Source: Octopus bimaculoides (lineage: Eukaryota). Taken from it: a stretch of DNA of 46,876 bases. The stretch covers positions 75,414,856 through 75,461,731 of the forward strand of contig NC_068983.1 of assembly GCF_001194135.2 (NCBI RefSeq), in the 5' to 3' direction. A program made the position numbers and the translations under genes. Shown piece after piece: positions 20,970 to 33,801 of the stretch. The notes under the pieces are model-generated. The model was not told where the DNA came from. It did no database searches and was given only the letters and a program-made list of their open reading frames with translations. How positions within the stretch are numbered: position 1 is the first letter of the stretch; each line of letters begins with the position of its first letter.

Positions 20970-23346
20970 TCTATCATTTCATATGAATGAAGAAAGGTTG
21001 CTCACATTTTCAATTAAAAGATCACACACACAAAAACACATTCATTGGTAGTTTATCTGACCATTAGATTATTGCTTTCTATATACCTGTAATGATTAAC
21101 TGACGATAAAATCATGTTGACATAGTGAGCAATTCTTTTCTCAATCTGATTTCTATCTTTTTATCTTTCAGAGCCACTTCAAGACATGAAATATGAATAA
21201 ATAAAATACTAAATGAAAAGTTCTATTGTTGTTATTGAATCTTCCTGCTATGTTACTTGGGTTTTGATGTACCCTGCTCATTTGGTGACCCCTTGACACT
21301 GTATAAATGTCTATTGTATAATAGAATTAGTACCTACCTCAACAGACACAGATAATATATTGGAGCAGTATATTAAACTGAATATAGTAAATATATCCGC
21401 AGACCAATGGTGGGATATTACACAATGCTGAAGCTAACAAGAATTGAACTTGACCCTTAATCAGCAAAATTAATTACTGTTCAGTATATTACTATCTGTG
21501 CCAACCTTACAAACCTCATAATGATATCACAATATATTGTGTTAAGATAAAAGTAATAAAAATGATTTCAAAAATAGCCTAAGACCAGTAATTTTAGGGA
21601 ATAGGGGTTAGTGGCATGATAATATATTTCATATATTTTTCAGTTTGCATGTTTTTTGAAATAACTAAGACCGAAGTTAGTTTCATCTTTAAATAAATTT
21701 AAATGATGTTTCTCTGTCTGTTACATTTTTATGTTCATTAACTCCTCCTAGACTGTTGGTGCAAGGACGATGAAACTAAAACCAGCAACTCCCCTAATCC
21801 CTGGGAATGTCCTAAGGGGGTCTTTTTTTTTTTAAGGGCCACCTAACTGGCGCCCCACTGATCGCTGCCTATTTTTACTGCATTTTAAACTAAATACATG
21901 GCATTGGTGACCAAATCGGGGCAATGACAATGAATTTCATATCATGAACTCCCAAGGAGTACCATAAGGAGGTTCAATTTCTGAAGGGCCGCTTAAATGG
22001 GGCCCCACTGACTGCTATTTTTACAGCATTTACCTTGCTCCTACACTTATTGGATTAAACTATGATCAACATCAGTGCTTAGCACATTTTCAGAAATAAG
22101 TTTGGGCATTCTAAATACCTTCATGTACATTCAAATCGAGATAAAGAATTATATCAGGTACATTTCAAGTGTGGTAGTGTGAGTTCATGAAACTTATGTC
22201 TAGGTGGAAAACTAATCTTCCTGTTCTGGTTACAGTATCCCCCTAAAGATTTGTAACAGAAGATAGAATGAGATTGAGATGAAATGGCTCCTATTCATTT
22301 TATCTCAGTCTCATTTTAATATTTTTTCAGAAATAGTGAAGTGATGGAAAAATTATGATAGTTGTGATAGTCATACATTTCACTTGCTTAGTACAAATGG
22401 AGGTTCAAGTCTAAAATTATGAAGTGAATTAATTACACCAGTGATTTTGGAAGCACATATAACTCCATGAAAGTGTTGCAAATTTTCATTGTCAGAATAA
22501 AATATAAAATAAAAAAAAAAAAGAAACATGGGAAATGATCCTGAAGGTCTCAAAGGTACCCCCGCAGGAGCTAGCCTGAAGGCCACCCAAAGGGTAGCTT
22601 TAAGGCAAGTGTTATATATTTGTGAGAATTAGTAAAATCCATTTACTGGTTATCATTAGATGGATTCATTAGATAGTATCACACACATACATACACATTG
22701 TGTGTATGTACATGTAAGTGTCTAAGTTGATGTGCATCCTTGTCTTGACATCACATAATGACTGTAAGCAAGCATGTTGTTCATTTTCATCCTTTCATGA
22801 AAAATATGCATGGCCATGGGAAATATTACCTTGCTTGATAACAAGTGAGGGTACACAACAGAGAGGGCATCCAATTATAGAAAATCTGCCTCAACAAATT
22901 CTATCTGACTTGTACAGGCATGGAAAAGTGGACGTTAAAATGATAATGATGAGGCTGATGATGATGATGATGATGATGATATGTCACCCATATACACTGG
23001 CATATATGGTAATTAGATGATGATAATTTCTTCATGTTAGAAAATCACGAGGAAGAGCGGCATATCCTCAAGTGGCTATGTAAAGTAGTCAATGATGCTG
23101 CAGGGCCGTTCTTGCTGCTTGTGCTTAGTAGTTTTAAAATTAGTGTTGGCCAATGCAATCCAATCCCACCCTTTAGACTGAAAACAGTGACCAGCAAGCT
23201 GTAGGTTCTACACTGGAGTGACTTTGTCTTAGGTGAATTGCTTTACAGAGCTGGAGAGCTCCACCAACCCTGGAGTTACAAGAAAGGTGTCAAAGTGGGT
23301 ACTAGACCATCAGAGGGACTTTATTCTTTGGTTTATTGTTGAAGTT

Positions 23347-23733
23347 GTGGAGGTGCAATGGCCCAGTGGTTAGGGCAGCGGACTCGTGGTCATAGGATCG
23401 CGGTTTCGATTCCCAGACCGGGCATTGTGAGTGTTTATTGAGCGAAAACACCTAAAAGTTCCACAAGGCTCCGGCAGGGGATGGTGGCGAACCCTGCTGT
23501 ACTCTTTCACCACAACTTTCTCACACTCTTACTTCCTGTTTCTGCTGTGCCTGTAATTCAAAAGGTCAGCCTTGTCACACTGTGTCACGCTGAATATCCC
23601 TGAGAACTACGTTAAGGGTACACGTGTCTGTGGAATGCTCAGCCACTTGCACGTTAATTTCATGAGCAGGCTGTTCCGTTGATGGGATCAACTGGAACCC
23701 TTGACGTTGTAAGCGACGGAGTGCCAACAAACA
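23347..23733 (+). mobile_element. Full-length tRNA-derived SINE, family S1
   Basis: 12-bp TSD ATTGTTGAAGTT at 23335-23346 and 23734-23745. Confidence 0.9.
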
Positions 23734-24504
23734 ATTGTTGAAGTTATTTCCCCTAACCTTTTTCTTTCTCAAAGGCACTCACTAGGCAGTGAAGGTTTTC
23801 ACTTGGAGTTTCTTCCACAACGTGCTAATTAACCCACAGTTGGGACCCTGATACAACTCTGGGTCAGAATAAACTTGGGAACAATTGTAGCTAAGAGAAG
23901 GTTGTACACTCCTCAAAACCTTGTAATTCCTGAACTAGGGCTCCACTACCGGATGCAGTTTTAAGTCATCCTCAGGACAAAGTAATTGGATATAAATGGA
24001 TTTAAAAGCAAGATGACAATTTTGTAACATAGCACTAGTCTAACGTGACTACTATGAAAATTGGTAATTAAATCTTGTTAAGAATCAGCTGGATTAATTA
24101 TGATACACACAAATGATTAAATATCAGCTATAGTGGGATTGGTCCACAAACAGCAATGCTGTAATTGGTGCTTTATATCTTTTGCAACAGTCTCTGCCAA
24201 AGATGTTGAAAAATACTTTCTTGTCATGCCTTGTTAATAGACTGAAAAAAATTTCATGTCTTTTACTGAATTACTAAATTAACCCTGACTAGTGTGTGTG
24301 TGTGTGTGTGTATGTGTGTACATGTGTATGTATGTGTGTGTATATATGTGTCCATGTATGTGTGTATGTATGTGTATATATATATGTGTGTGTGTATATA
24401 TATGTATCTGTGTGTATATGTGTATGTGTGTGCGAATGTGTGCATGTATGTGTGTATATATATGAGTATGTGTGCGTGCATATGTGTGTATATGTATAGG
24501 TGTA

Positions 24505-24946
24505 CATACTTTTATTTTTAGCCTGGTACTTATTTTTCTTTTCTGACAAATTGACAAGTCATGGGGATGTAAATGAACCAACACCTGTTGTCAAGTGGTG
24601 GCTTGGTGCAAACAAAAACATAGAGACACACACTTGCTCCCCAACCACATGGTACCAGGTTCAGCCTCACTGCATGGCACCTTGGGCAAGTGTCTTCTAG
24701 GATGTCCTTGGATTGACCAAAGGCTTGTGAGTGGATTTGGCAGATGGAAACTGAAAGAAGCCTGTTGTGTATATTTGTGTGTGTATTTGTGTCTGTTTCC
24801 CCACCACCCATTGACAACTGGTGTTGGTGTGTTTACATCCCCATAACTAAGCAGTTCAGCAGAAGTGAGCAATAGAAAAAGCACCAGATTTTTAAAAAAG
24901 TAAGTTCTGGGGTTCATTTGTTCGACTCATATTCTTCCAGGCAGTG
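24505..24946. mobile_element. Inverted pair of S2 SINE fragments (minus ~24505-24630, plus ~24633-24946)
   Basis: ggggatgtaaatgaaccaacacctgttgtcaagtggtg is the reverse complement of caccacccattgacaactggtgttggtgtgtttacatcccc. Confidence 0.65.
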
Positions 24947-25809
24947 NNNNNNNNNNNNNNNNNNNNNNNNNNNNNNNNNNNNNNNNNNNNNNNNNNNNNN
25001 NNNNNNNNNNNNNNNNNNNNNNNNNNNNNNNNNNNNNNNNNNNNNNNNNNNNNNNNNNNNNNNNNNNNNNNNNNNNNNNNNNNNNNNNNNNNNNNNNNNN
25101 NNNNNNNNNNNNNNNNNNNNNNNNNNNNNNNNNNNNNNNNNNNNNNNNNNNNNNNNNNNNNNNNNNNNNNNNNNNNNNNNNNNNNNNNNNNNNNNNNNNN
25201 NNNNNNNNNNNNNNNNNNNNNNNNNNNNNNNNNNNNNNNNNNNNNNNNNNNNNNNNNNNNNNNNNNNNNNNNNNNNNNNNNNNNNNNNNNNNNNNNNNNN
25301 NNNNNNNNNNNNNNNNNNNNNNNNNNNNNNNNNNNNNNNNNNNNNNNNNNNNNNNNNNNNNNNNNNNNNNNNNNNNNNNNNNNNNNNNNNNNNNNNNNNN
25401 NNNNNNNNNNNNNNNNNNNNNNNNNNNNNNNNNNNNNNNNNNNNNNNNNNNNNNNNNNNNNNNNNNNNNNNNNNNNNNNNNNNNNNNNNNNNNNNNNNNN
25501 NNNNNNNNNNNNNNNNNNNNNNNNNNNNNNNNNNNNNNNNNNNNNNNNNNNNNNNNNNNNNNNNNNNNNNNNNNNNNNNNNNNNNNNNNNNNNNNNNNNN
25601 NNNNNNNNNNNNNNNNNNNNNNNNNNNNNNNNNNNNNNNNNNNNNNNNNNNNNNNNNNNNNNNNNNNNNNNNNNNNNNNNNNNNNNNNNNNNNNNNNNNN
25701 NNNNNNNNNNNNNNNNNNNNNNNNNNNNNNNNTCCCCCAAAGTTTCAGGCCTTGCACCAAGAGTAGAAAAGAATATTCACAACCCTGTAAGATGCAGTAG
25801 AATTTTTTG

Positions 25810-25997
25810 TTGGCGTTAGGAAGGGCAGTTGGCGTTAGGAAGGGCAGTTGGCGTTAGGAAGGGCATCCAGCTGTAGAAACTCTGCCAAATCAGACTGGAG
25901 CTTGGTGTTGCCATCCGGTTTCACCAGTCCTCAGTCAAATCGTCCAACCCATGCTAGCATGGAAAGCGGACGTTAAACGATGATGATGATGATGATG
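25810..25997 (+). mobile_element. Young RTE-type LINE 3' tail with a triplicated 19-bp 5' junction
   Basis: TTGGCGTTAGGAAGGGCAG twice, then a third copy continuing into the element. It ends (GAT)n. Confidence 0.8.
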
Positions 25998-26149
25998 AAC
26001 TGAACTGGTCGTAGTTTTGTATGACAAAAATTTTGACGCCATATTACAAATAAAGGTTTGTCAAGTTGAGAGTCTTTGTGTGTTTTGGAATGGCTAACTT
26101 CTGTTTTCCATGCAAGCAGTCACCCTGTTAGAACTGTTGTTTTTATATC

Positions 26150-26582
26150 TTTTATCTTTTATCTCTTACATTTTCCAGTCATGTGACTGTGGCCATGCTG
26201 GGGCACCACTTTGAAGAACTTTTAGTTAAATGAATCAACCCCAGTACATATTTTGTTTTTATGCCTGGTACATATTCTGTTGGATCTCTTTTGCTGAACT
26301 GCTAAGTCAAGGGGTCATGAACACACCAACAACGGTTAAGTGGTGGTGGGAGATAAAACACAAACACACANNNNNNNNNNNNNNNNNNNNNNNNNNNNNN
26401 NNNNNNNNNNNNNNNNNNNNNNNNNNNNNNNNNNNNNNNNNNNNNNNNNNNNNNNNNNNNNNNNNNNNNNNNNNNNNNNNNNNNNNNNNNNNNNNNNNNN
26501 NNNNNNNNNNNNNNNNNNNNNNNNNNNNNNNNNNNNNNNNNNNNNNNNNNNNNNNNNNNNNNNNNNNNNNNNNNNNNNNNNN

Positions 26583-26650
<68 letters not shown>

Positions 26651-26811
26651 CGATGGGCTTCTTTCAGTTTCCATTTACCAAATCCACTCACAAGGCTTTG
26701 GTCAGCCCATGACTATAGTAGAAAAACTTGCTTAAGGTGCCACACAGTGGGACTGAACTTGGAACCATGTGGTTGGAAGACAAGCTTCTGAGCACATAGC
26801 CATGCCTGCTC
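26150..26811 (-). mobile_element. SINE family S2 spanning an N gap
   Basis: Reverse complement of the S2 head and tail on either side of the gap. Confidence 0.75.
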
Positions 26812-27896
26812 TTATATATATAAGAATGACAAACAGTACATTTACTGATATTCACAAGGCTTAGTCAAGCTGAAATTAATTAACTAGAAGAGCACAAAGC
26901 AGTGTTGAGAGAACTATGTGCACAACCATATTTATCACAATCTAGTACATTATAAATAGAATTTTCTCCTGGGACTGTTTCTGCTGCACAAGGTTTTCCT
27001 ATGTCTAAGTGTACATGAGTGTTAAATATGATTGTACATGCATATGTCTCTTGCAGTGTTGTATTCTGCACCTCATTTTAATTAATTCCAGCTGGACCAA
27101 TCTGGAATTGAGTGGGTGTCTGGTTGAACAGAGTTTTGTAATATTATTTTCAAACTAGCAGAGTCTGTGCCTCTTTCTGCTACTAAAGTAAGGTTTACAC
27201 TTCTTCAACACTCTCTACTTGATGCTGATGCTGTAATAACTCTCTTCATCTGGACACTTACCTAAACTGTACAAGTGGAATTTTCTACACTTGCCCACAT
27301 GAGCACAAGTATGTCTTTGGACACTGGCAGAACACACCATGAATATAAAGATTACAGTCTCCACCATCAATATTTCCCATCACGACATTCTGATGGTTTG
27401 GTATAAGGTTTGCTACACTCAGCTTATTACATTAAATACAAACATATTTATACACATACATGTCCACACATGATTTTAGAATCAACCCTATCCCCACCAC
27501 ACACAGATACATCACACCCACCCTCCCCATCCTGTATGCTCCCCGGCCGCAACTCCACTTCACAGGTATTTATTTACCTCACACACAACAATGACGCTGA
27601 TCTCCATCCAAGGGACATAACTCTAAAAAACATAAGTTCCCTCGCTGGGTTTTCTCCCACAGTATTTCCATTCTGATTTTTCCAACACCTGCAAAGTGGA
27701 TGTACCACTTTCTTACCGCTAGTGGCAGGGAGCCCATGCCTAATTGTTCCTACCAGCTCTTCTGATAAGTGCTGAGATTGATTTTCGAAAAAGATTATAA
27801 AACTGTATTGTATAAATAATTGATACAGCCACTCTATTGACAAATATGAGTGCTTGCTTTTTTCTCATTCATAAATTTCTTAGAGAGCAATATATG

Positions 27897-27936
<40 letters not shown>

Positions 27937-28696
27937 NNNNNNNNNNNNNNNNNNNNNNNNNNNNNNNNNNNNNNNNNNNNNNNNNNNNNNNNNNNNNNNN
28001 NNNNNNNNNNNNNNNNNNNNNNNNNNNNNNNNNNNNNNNNNNNNNNNNNNNNNNNNNNNNNNNNNNNNNNNNNNNNNNNNNNNNNNNNNNNNNNNNNNNN
28101 NNNNNNNNNNNNNNNNNNNNNNNNNNNNNNNNNNNNNNNNNNNNNNNNNNNNNNNNNNNNNNNNNNNNNNNNNNNNNNNNNNNNNNNNNNNNNNNNNNNN
28201 NNNNNNNNNNNNNNNNNNNNNNNNNNNNNNNNNNNNNNNNNNNNNNNNNNNNNNNNNNNNNNNNNNNNNNNNNNNNNNNNNNNNNNNNNNNNNNNNNNNN
28301 NNNNNNNNNNNNNNNNNNNNNNNNNNNNNNNNNNNNNNNNNNNNNNNNNNNNNNNNNNNNNNNNNNNNNNNNNNNNNNNNNNNNNNNNNNNNNNNNNNNN
28401 NNNNNNNNNNNNNNNNNNNNNNNNNNNNNNNNNNNNNNNNNNNNNNNNNNNNNNNNNNNNNNNNNNNNNNNNNNNNNNNNNNNNNNNNNNNNNNNNNNNN
28501 NNNNNNNNNNNNNNNNNNNNNNNNNNNNNNNNNNNNNNNNNNNNNNNNNNNNNNNNNNNNNNNNNNNNNNNNNNNNNNNNNNNNNNNNNNNNNNNNNNNN
28601 NNNNNNNNNNNNNNNNNNNNNNNNNNNNNNNNNNNNNNNNNNNNNNNNNNNNNNNNNNNNNNNNNNNNNNNNNNTATATATATATATATATATATA

Positions 28697-28810
28697 TAAC
28701 TCTGCCAAATTAGATTGGAGCCTGGTGTTGCCATCCGGTTTCACCAGTCCTCAGTCAAATCGTCCAACCCATGCTAGCATGGAAAGCGGATGTTAAACGA
28801 TGATGATGAT
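28697..28810 (+). mobile_element. RTE-type LINE 3' tail
   Basis: Near-identical to 25878-25990. Confidence 0.8.
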
Positions 28811-29071
28811 ATAGCTTGTGGTACTTAGGCTGTTGTATTTATGATTGCTTGATCATGGGTTTGATTCCCAGACTGGACGGTGCATTATGTTCTTGAGCAA
28901 AATACTTCATCCCACATTGCTCCAATCCCTTTTTGATCAGCAGGGAATGTTGGCCTGCTTGCCTACCCAGTGAAGTGATGTCATTCAATGGCTAAAATGA
29001 TGCAAAATACACTGTGGCAAGCGATGTGTAACAATATCTGATAGTGTGCTCAGTTACATGATTACATGATA

Positions 29072-29955
29072 ATGGGTCATCCCATAAATAATGCAGTTTT
29101 AAAAATATTTCTTTTATTTTTCAAAATTAAGATAAACAAAGTTCTTTTAAAATCTAAAATATACTCTCCTTCATTTTCTACAATGCCCTTCCATCTATCT
29201 GGTAGACTTGCAAGGCCCTTCCAAAATTCAATTGTCCAAGATAAAAAATACTCCTCTGGTACTGTTCTGATCTTGTCTACAGAATTCATATTTTTCCCAT
29301 CCAAATGATTTTGAAGACTGTGGAATAAATGATAATCAGATGGGGGCAATGTCTGGCGAATATGGTGGATGGAGCATTATTTTCTATTTAATGTGCAATT
29401 AGACTCAGAAAATTTGTGAGAAACTCATTGACCCAATTTGCTGACTTTTCTGATGGCACACAGGTGTTGATGAATAACTGAATGACCAAATCCAAGCTTT
29501 TCTGCTAGTTCCTCAACAGATACAATGGGATTTTGTTTCACCAAGGTTTGTAGGACGTCCTCATTGAGCTCTACACATCTTCCAGGATGAGACCTGTCTT
29601 CTAGTCTGTAGTTGATAGCTTGGAATTTCTGGAACCACCATTGAGACTGGCTTACACTTATTGTCCGATCCCCATATACTGCATTAATATTCCTTGCACT
29701 TTCCATTGTGTTGTTGCCTTTATTGAACTCATAAAGCAAAATATGCTGAATATTCTCCTTTGTCACTTCCATTATAACTTTGAAAAAGTAACTATTAAAA
29801 TCGAACTGCATTCTTCAAAACTTGCACTAAGAATAAGGACAAGGTAAAATTACTACCTGCTTTTATAGCAAGTTGATGCAGGTAGTTTATCTCATCTCCC
29901 TTCAACTTTTAGTTCATATAATTGAAACAACCACATTATTTATGGGATGATCCAA
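29072..29955 (-). mobile_element. Internally deleted mariner transposon (884 bp) with both TIRs
   Basis: TIRs (A/T)TGG(G/A)TCATCCCATAAATAATG with TA TSDs at 29070-71 and 29956-57. ORF 29425-29811 encodes the mariner N-terminal HTH region (IQHILLYEFNKGNN...ARNINAVYGDRTIS...WWFQKF...ELAEKLG...IHQHL...KVSKLGQ). The 29077-29349 region encodes the C-terminus (PPSDYHLFHSLQN...LPDRWKGIVENEGEY). The central catalytic region is missing. Confidence 0.9.
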
Positions 29956-30412
29956 TATATATACATATATATATACAANNNNNNNNNNNNNNNNNNNNNN
30001 NNNNNNNNNNNNNNNNNNNNNNNNNNNNNNNNNNNNNNNNNNNNNNNNNNNNNNNNNNNNNNNNNNNNNNNNNNNNNNNNNNNNNNNNNNNNNNNNNNNN
30101 NNNNNNNNNNNNNNNNNNNNNNNNNNNNNNNNNNNNNNNNNNNNNNNNNNNNNNNNNNNNNNNNNNNNNNNNNNNNNNNNNNNNNNNNNNNNNNNNNNNN
30201 NNNNNNNNNNNNNNNNNNNNNNNNNNNNNNNNNNNNNNNNNNNNNNNNNNNNNNNNNNNNNNNNNNNNNNNNNNNNNNNNNNNNNNNNNNNNNNNNNNNN
30301 NNNNNNNNNNNNNNNNNNNNNNNNNNNNNNNNNNNNNNNNNNNNNNNNNNNNNNNNNNNNNNNNNNNNNNNNNNNNNNNNNNNNNNNNNNNNNNNNNNNA
30401 TATATATGTATG

Positions 30413-30444
<32 letters not shown>

Positions 30445-30525
30445 CATATGCATGTGTGTGTATATATGCATGTATATATAAGTGTGTGTGTGTGAATACA
30501 CACAAACACACATGCACATATTTAT

Positions 30526-31087
30526 AACAAATTAAATGGGTAGCTTATAAGCAATTTGAACCTAAAGGCAAAATTAATAGAGGTCACAAAAGTGATGGAG
30601 GGTACTAACCAGCACAAGCTATTGCTAGAAACAAGAGTTGAAACATCTCAAAAGCCACAAAGTACTATGTGTGCTAGTTAATATACTATTAATTTTGCCT
30701 TTAATGACTAACAAAGGGAAGTAAGTCCATAGTGTACATAGTTGGAGTGAACGATTTCAGATTTTGATGAATAGCATCTTAATCTTCGTCAGTGACTCTT
30801 AACGCTTAGGGTTAAACTCAATTATCTCTGTCAGTCTTATAAGAAAAACTGTTGAAAACCTGTGCTGATTCTCAAAGCAGTAAACAAATTAAATGAATGG
30901 CTTATTAGCAATTTGAGCCTAGAGACAAAATTAATAAAGGTCACAAAAGTAATGGAGGGTACTGGGGACTTATCTCCCTCCGTCAGTCATTAAGTTCATG
31001 GCTTTGTAGCTTTTGAGTTGTTTTAACTCTTGTTTCTAGCAATAATTGGTGCTGGTCAGTATCCTCCATCATTTTGAGACCTCTATT
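30526..31087. mobile_element. Foldback/MITE-like element with direct and inverted repeats
   Basis: ~87-bp inverted repeats (30576-30662 and 31002-31087) and ~81-bp direct repeats (30526-30606 and 30883-30963). Confidence 0.6.
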
Positions 31088-31099
31088 ATATATGTATAT

Positions 31100-31193
31100 A
31101 TGCATACATGTGGTATGCCTGTGTGGTAAGAAGATTGCTTCCCTACCACAAAGCCTTATGAGTGGATTTGGTTGACAGAAATTGAAGGAAGCA

Positions 31194-31231
<38 letters not shown>

Positions 31232-31465
31232 ATATGTTTGTATGTGTGTGTTTCTGTGTCTGTGTTCCCCCCCATCACTGCTTGACAAACCAGTGTTAGT
31301 GTGTTTACATCTCCATCACTTAGCAACATGGCAATAGAGACTGATAAAATAAGTACTAGGCTTAAGAAATAAGTCCTGAGGTTGATTTGTTTGACTGAAA
31401 CCCTCCAAGGCAGTACTCCAGCATGGCCACAGTTAAATGACCAAAAGAAGTAAAAGAATAAAAGA
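31100..31465 (+). mobile_element. SINE family S2, internally deleted
   Basis: S2 head, microsatellite middle and 3' end, with a deletion after cttccctaccac. Confidence 0.7.
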
Positions 31466-32050
31466 ACACACCACACACACACACACATACACACACACAC
31501 ACACATACACACACACACAAATATACAAACCACAAAAAGTCACAAGGTATGAGAGGTGAATATATTTATTTAAGCACTTATCCTTAGGATTACAGCTGTT
31601 TTGTGGTCTTGAAAGTAATAATAATTTTAGCATATAAAAAATTATGTTTACTCGTTTACATGTGTGTACTTATATTCATGCTATAATTATATAATGCAGA
31701 GCATACAAGTTAGTACAGACATGTAAAAATAATCTATTATACACTGAAATTATTGCTATATGATAAAGACTGCAAAACAGCTATAATACTGAGGATGACA
31801 AGTGGTTAAATAAATATATTCAATTCCGACATTTTATGGCTTATATACATCTCATGATATAATTTCATCGATTGGATCTCCTGGATTTAGCTGCATGGAA
31901 CTCTGCATTATACACCCTTGTAGTGGATTACTATGTGGTCTGTTAGCCAAGTCTCCGAGAGGAGCTTTCTGTGATAGCCCCATGATTCTATGAATCTATA
32001 TATTGCACCACAAATTTATGCACACACATGCACATACATACATACATACA

Positions 32051-32081
<31 letters not shown>

Positions 32082-32888
32082 GTATGTATGTATGCATGTA
32101 TGTATGTGCATGTGTGTATGTATACACTACCTTTCTCAGTCATTAACTTATACTCAACTTAAATGCCATTCTATGTCTGGAGGCTGGAACAAAATATAAA
32201 TAGATAAGTAGATAAATATATAAAATAAAAGTATAAAAAATAGAGGGAAGTTGGAATGATAATTGCAGTGACAATGTCTTGAGAAATTATCTTTAATTGA
32301 CTGCAGTTTTCTTTTATATTTTCCATTTACTGTTGTTCCCTTCTTAACAGAGTTAGTTTTTATGTGTGTTTCATTTGTAGTTTTTGGATAACATGAGTGA
32401 GCAGACCTGAAGTAGTCAGTTGAGTATATACATTTGATACTAACTGTAGGTACATGACCTCTGGGTAGGTTAGTGAAGTAGATTCTGGTCTACTATAAAT
32501 ACTGTGACCTGGTCACCAACACAATTCCACTGCATCACATGTAGTACAGTTTTGTGTCTGAGACCAAATTAGAGAAATGTGATGACATTTATGACATAGT
32601 AAGAAATAGTTGAAAATTGAATATCTCAGGCTTTTTCTATATTGTATTTTTCAGTTTTTGTCTGAGAGTTTGAATGGCTCAAATGACTTTGATAATGTAA
32701 ACGTTTCAATTTTGACAAAGGATCTCATATCAAGTCACTTGCCAAGTAAATGACACATGCGCACGCACGCACAGACAGACTGACACACACACACACACAC
32801 ACGTACACTTATGATACATATAGACACAGGCTTTTATATGCATACACACACATCTATCTGTCTGTTCATTCAGCCATCTATCTAGCCT

Positions 32889-33033
32889 CAGTTATGGGCA
32901 ACCTACAGACCATATGACTTTCTGAATGACATGCCTAATGAAAAATTACCTTGAATATTTCAGTATTGTGGCCTGCTAGATGATGAGCCATGCTTCATGT
33001 GGCCCATTTTTTGAAAAAGGTTGCCCATGCCTG
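32889..33033. mobile_element. Small hAT-like MITE
   Basis: 16-bp TIRs CAGTTATGGGCAACCT / CAGGCATGGGCAACCT. No 8-bp TSD is recognisable. Confidence 0.45.
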
Positions 33034-33254
33034 ATCCATCCATCCATCCAGCCATCCATCCATTCACACATAATAAGTAAATATTTTTGTTAAAATATTT
33101 TTACATATTGTTTCATTGTAACAAGCCTTTTGGTGACAATTTACTTTATTAATGCCTGCAGCAAACCCTGTGTAATACATGTCCCTGACTAATGGAACTC
33201 TAGAGTCACTCATGCATATGCTCACTCACACACATATATGCAAATATATACCTA

Positions 33255-33292
<38 letters not shown>

Positions 33293-33801
33293 TACACTCA
33301 CACATGCATACACACACACTCATTCACATACACAAACACACACACACTCATTTGCATACACAAACACTCACTCACACATACACACACAATAAATCTGCAG
33401 AGATTGTCAATATGAACCCACCATTAATCTTGATAACATATTTAGTCTATTAGTTTTTCCCTCTCTTAATAAGATCCTTGCTAGCTAAACACCAGTTCTT
33501 TATGCAGTGCCATGGAGACAATCTCCTTCTCAGAGACCTCTGTAACCCATCTGTCTCCATCCGCCTCTTTGTAGCTAAATCTCTCCTCATATGGAGATAC
33601 ATGATCTCACAGTCGAAGTGAAGCTGATTCACTTAGGAAGTTGGTCACTCAGAAGGCGCCCATTAGTATACTATAATAGTCCTACCTGATCACACAGAGG
33701 AAAGGCAAATGTTGCAAGCCCCAAGAAAGCAACCCATCTAGGAGAGTAATGACTCCGAATGAAAATTTGTTACTGGGAAAAGTGGACTCTTTAAACTAGT
33801 C

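Noticed and set aside
26880-27843. Coding-looking unique stretches with splice-like sites on both strands
   Set aside because: Frames are interrupted by stops, there is no consistent exon chain, and no family was recognised.
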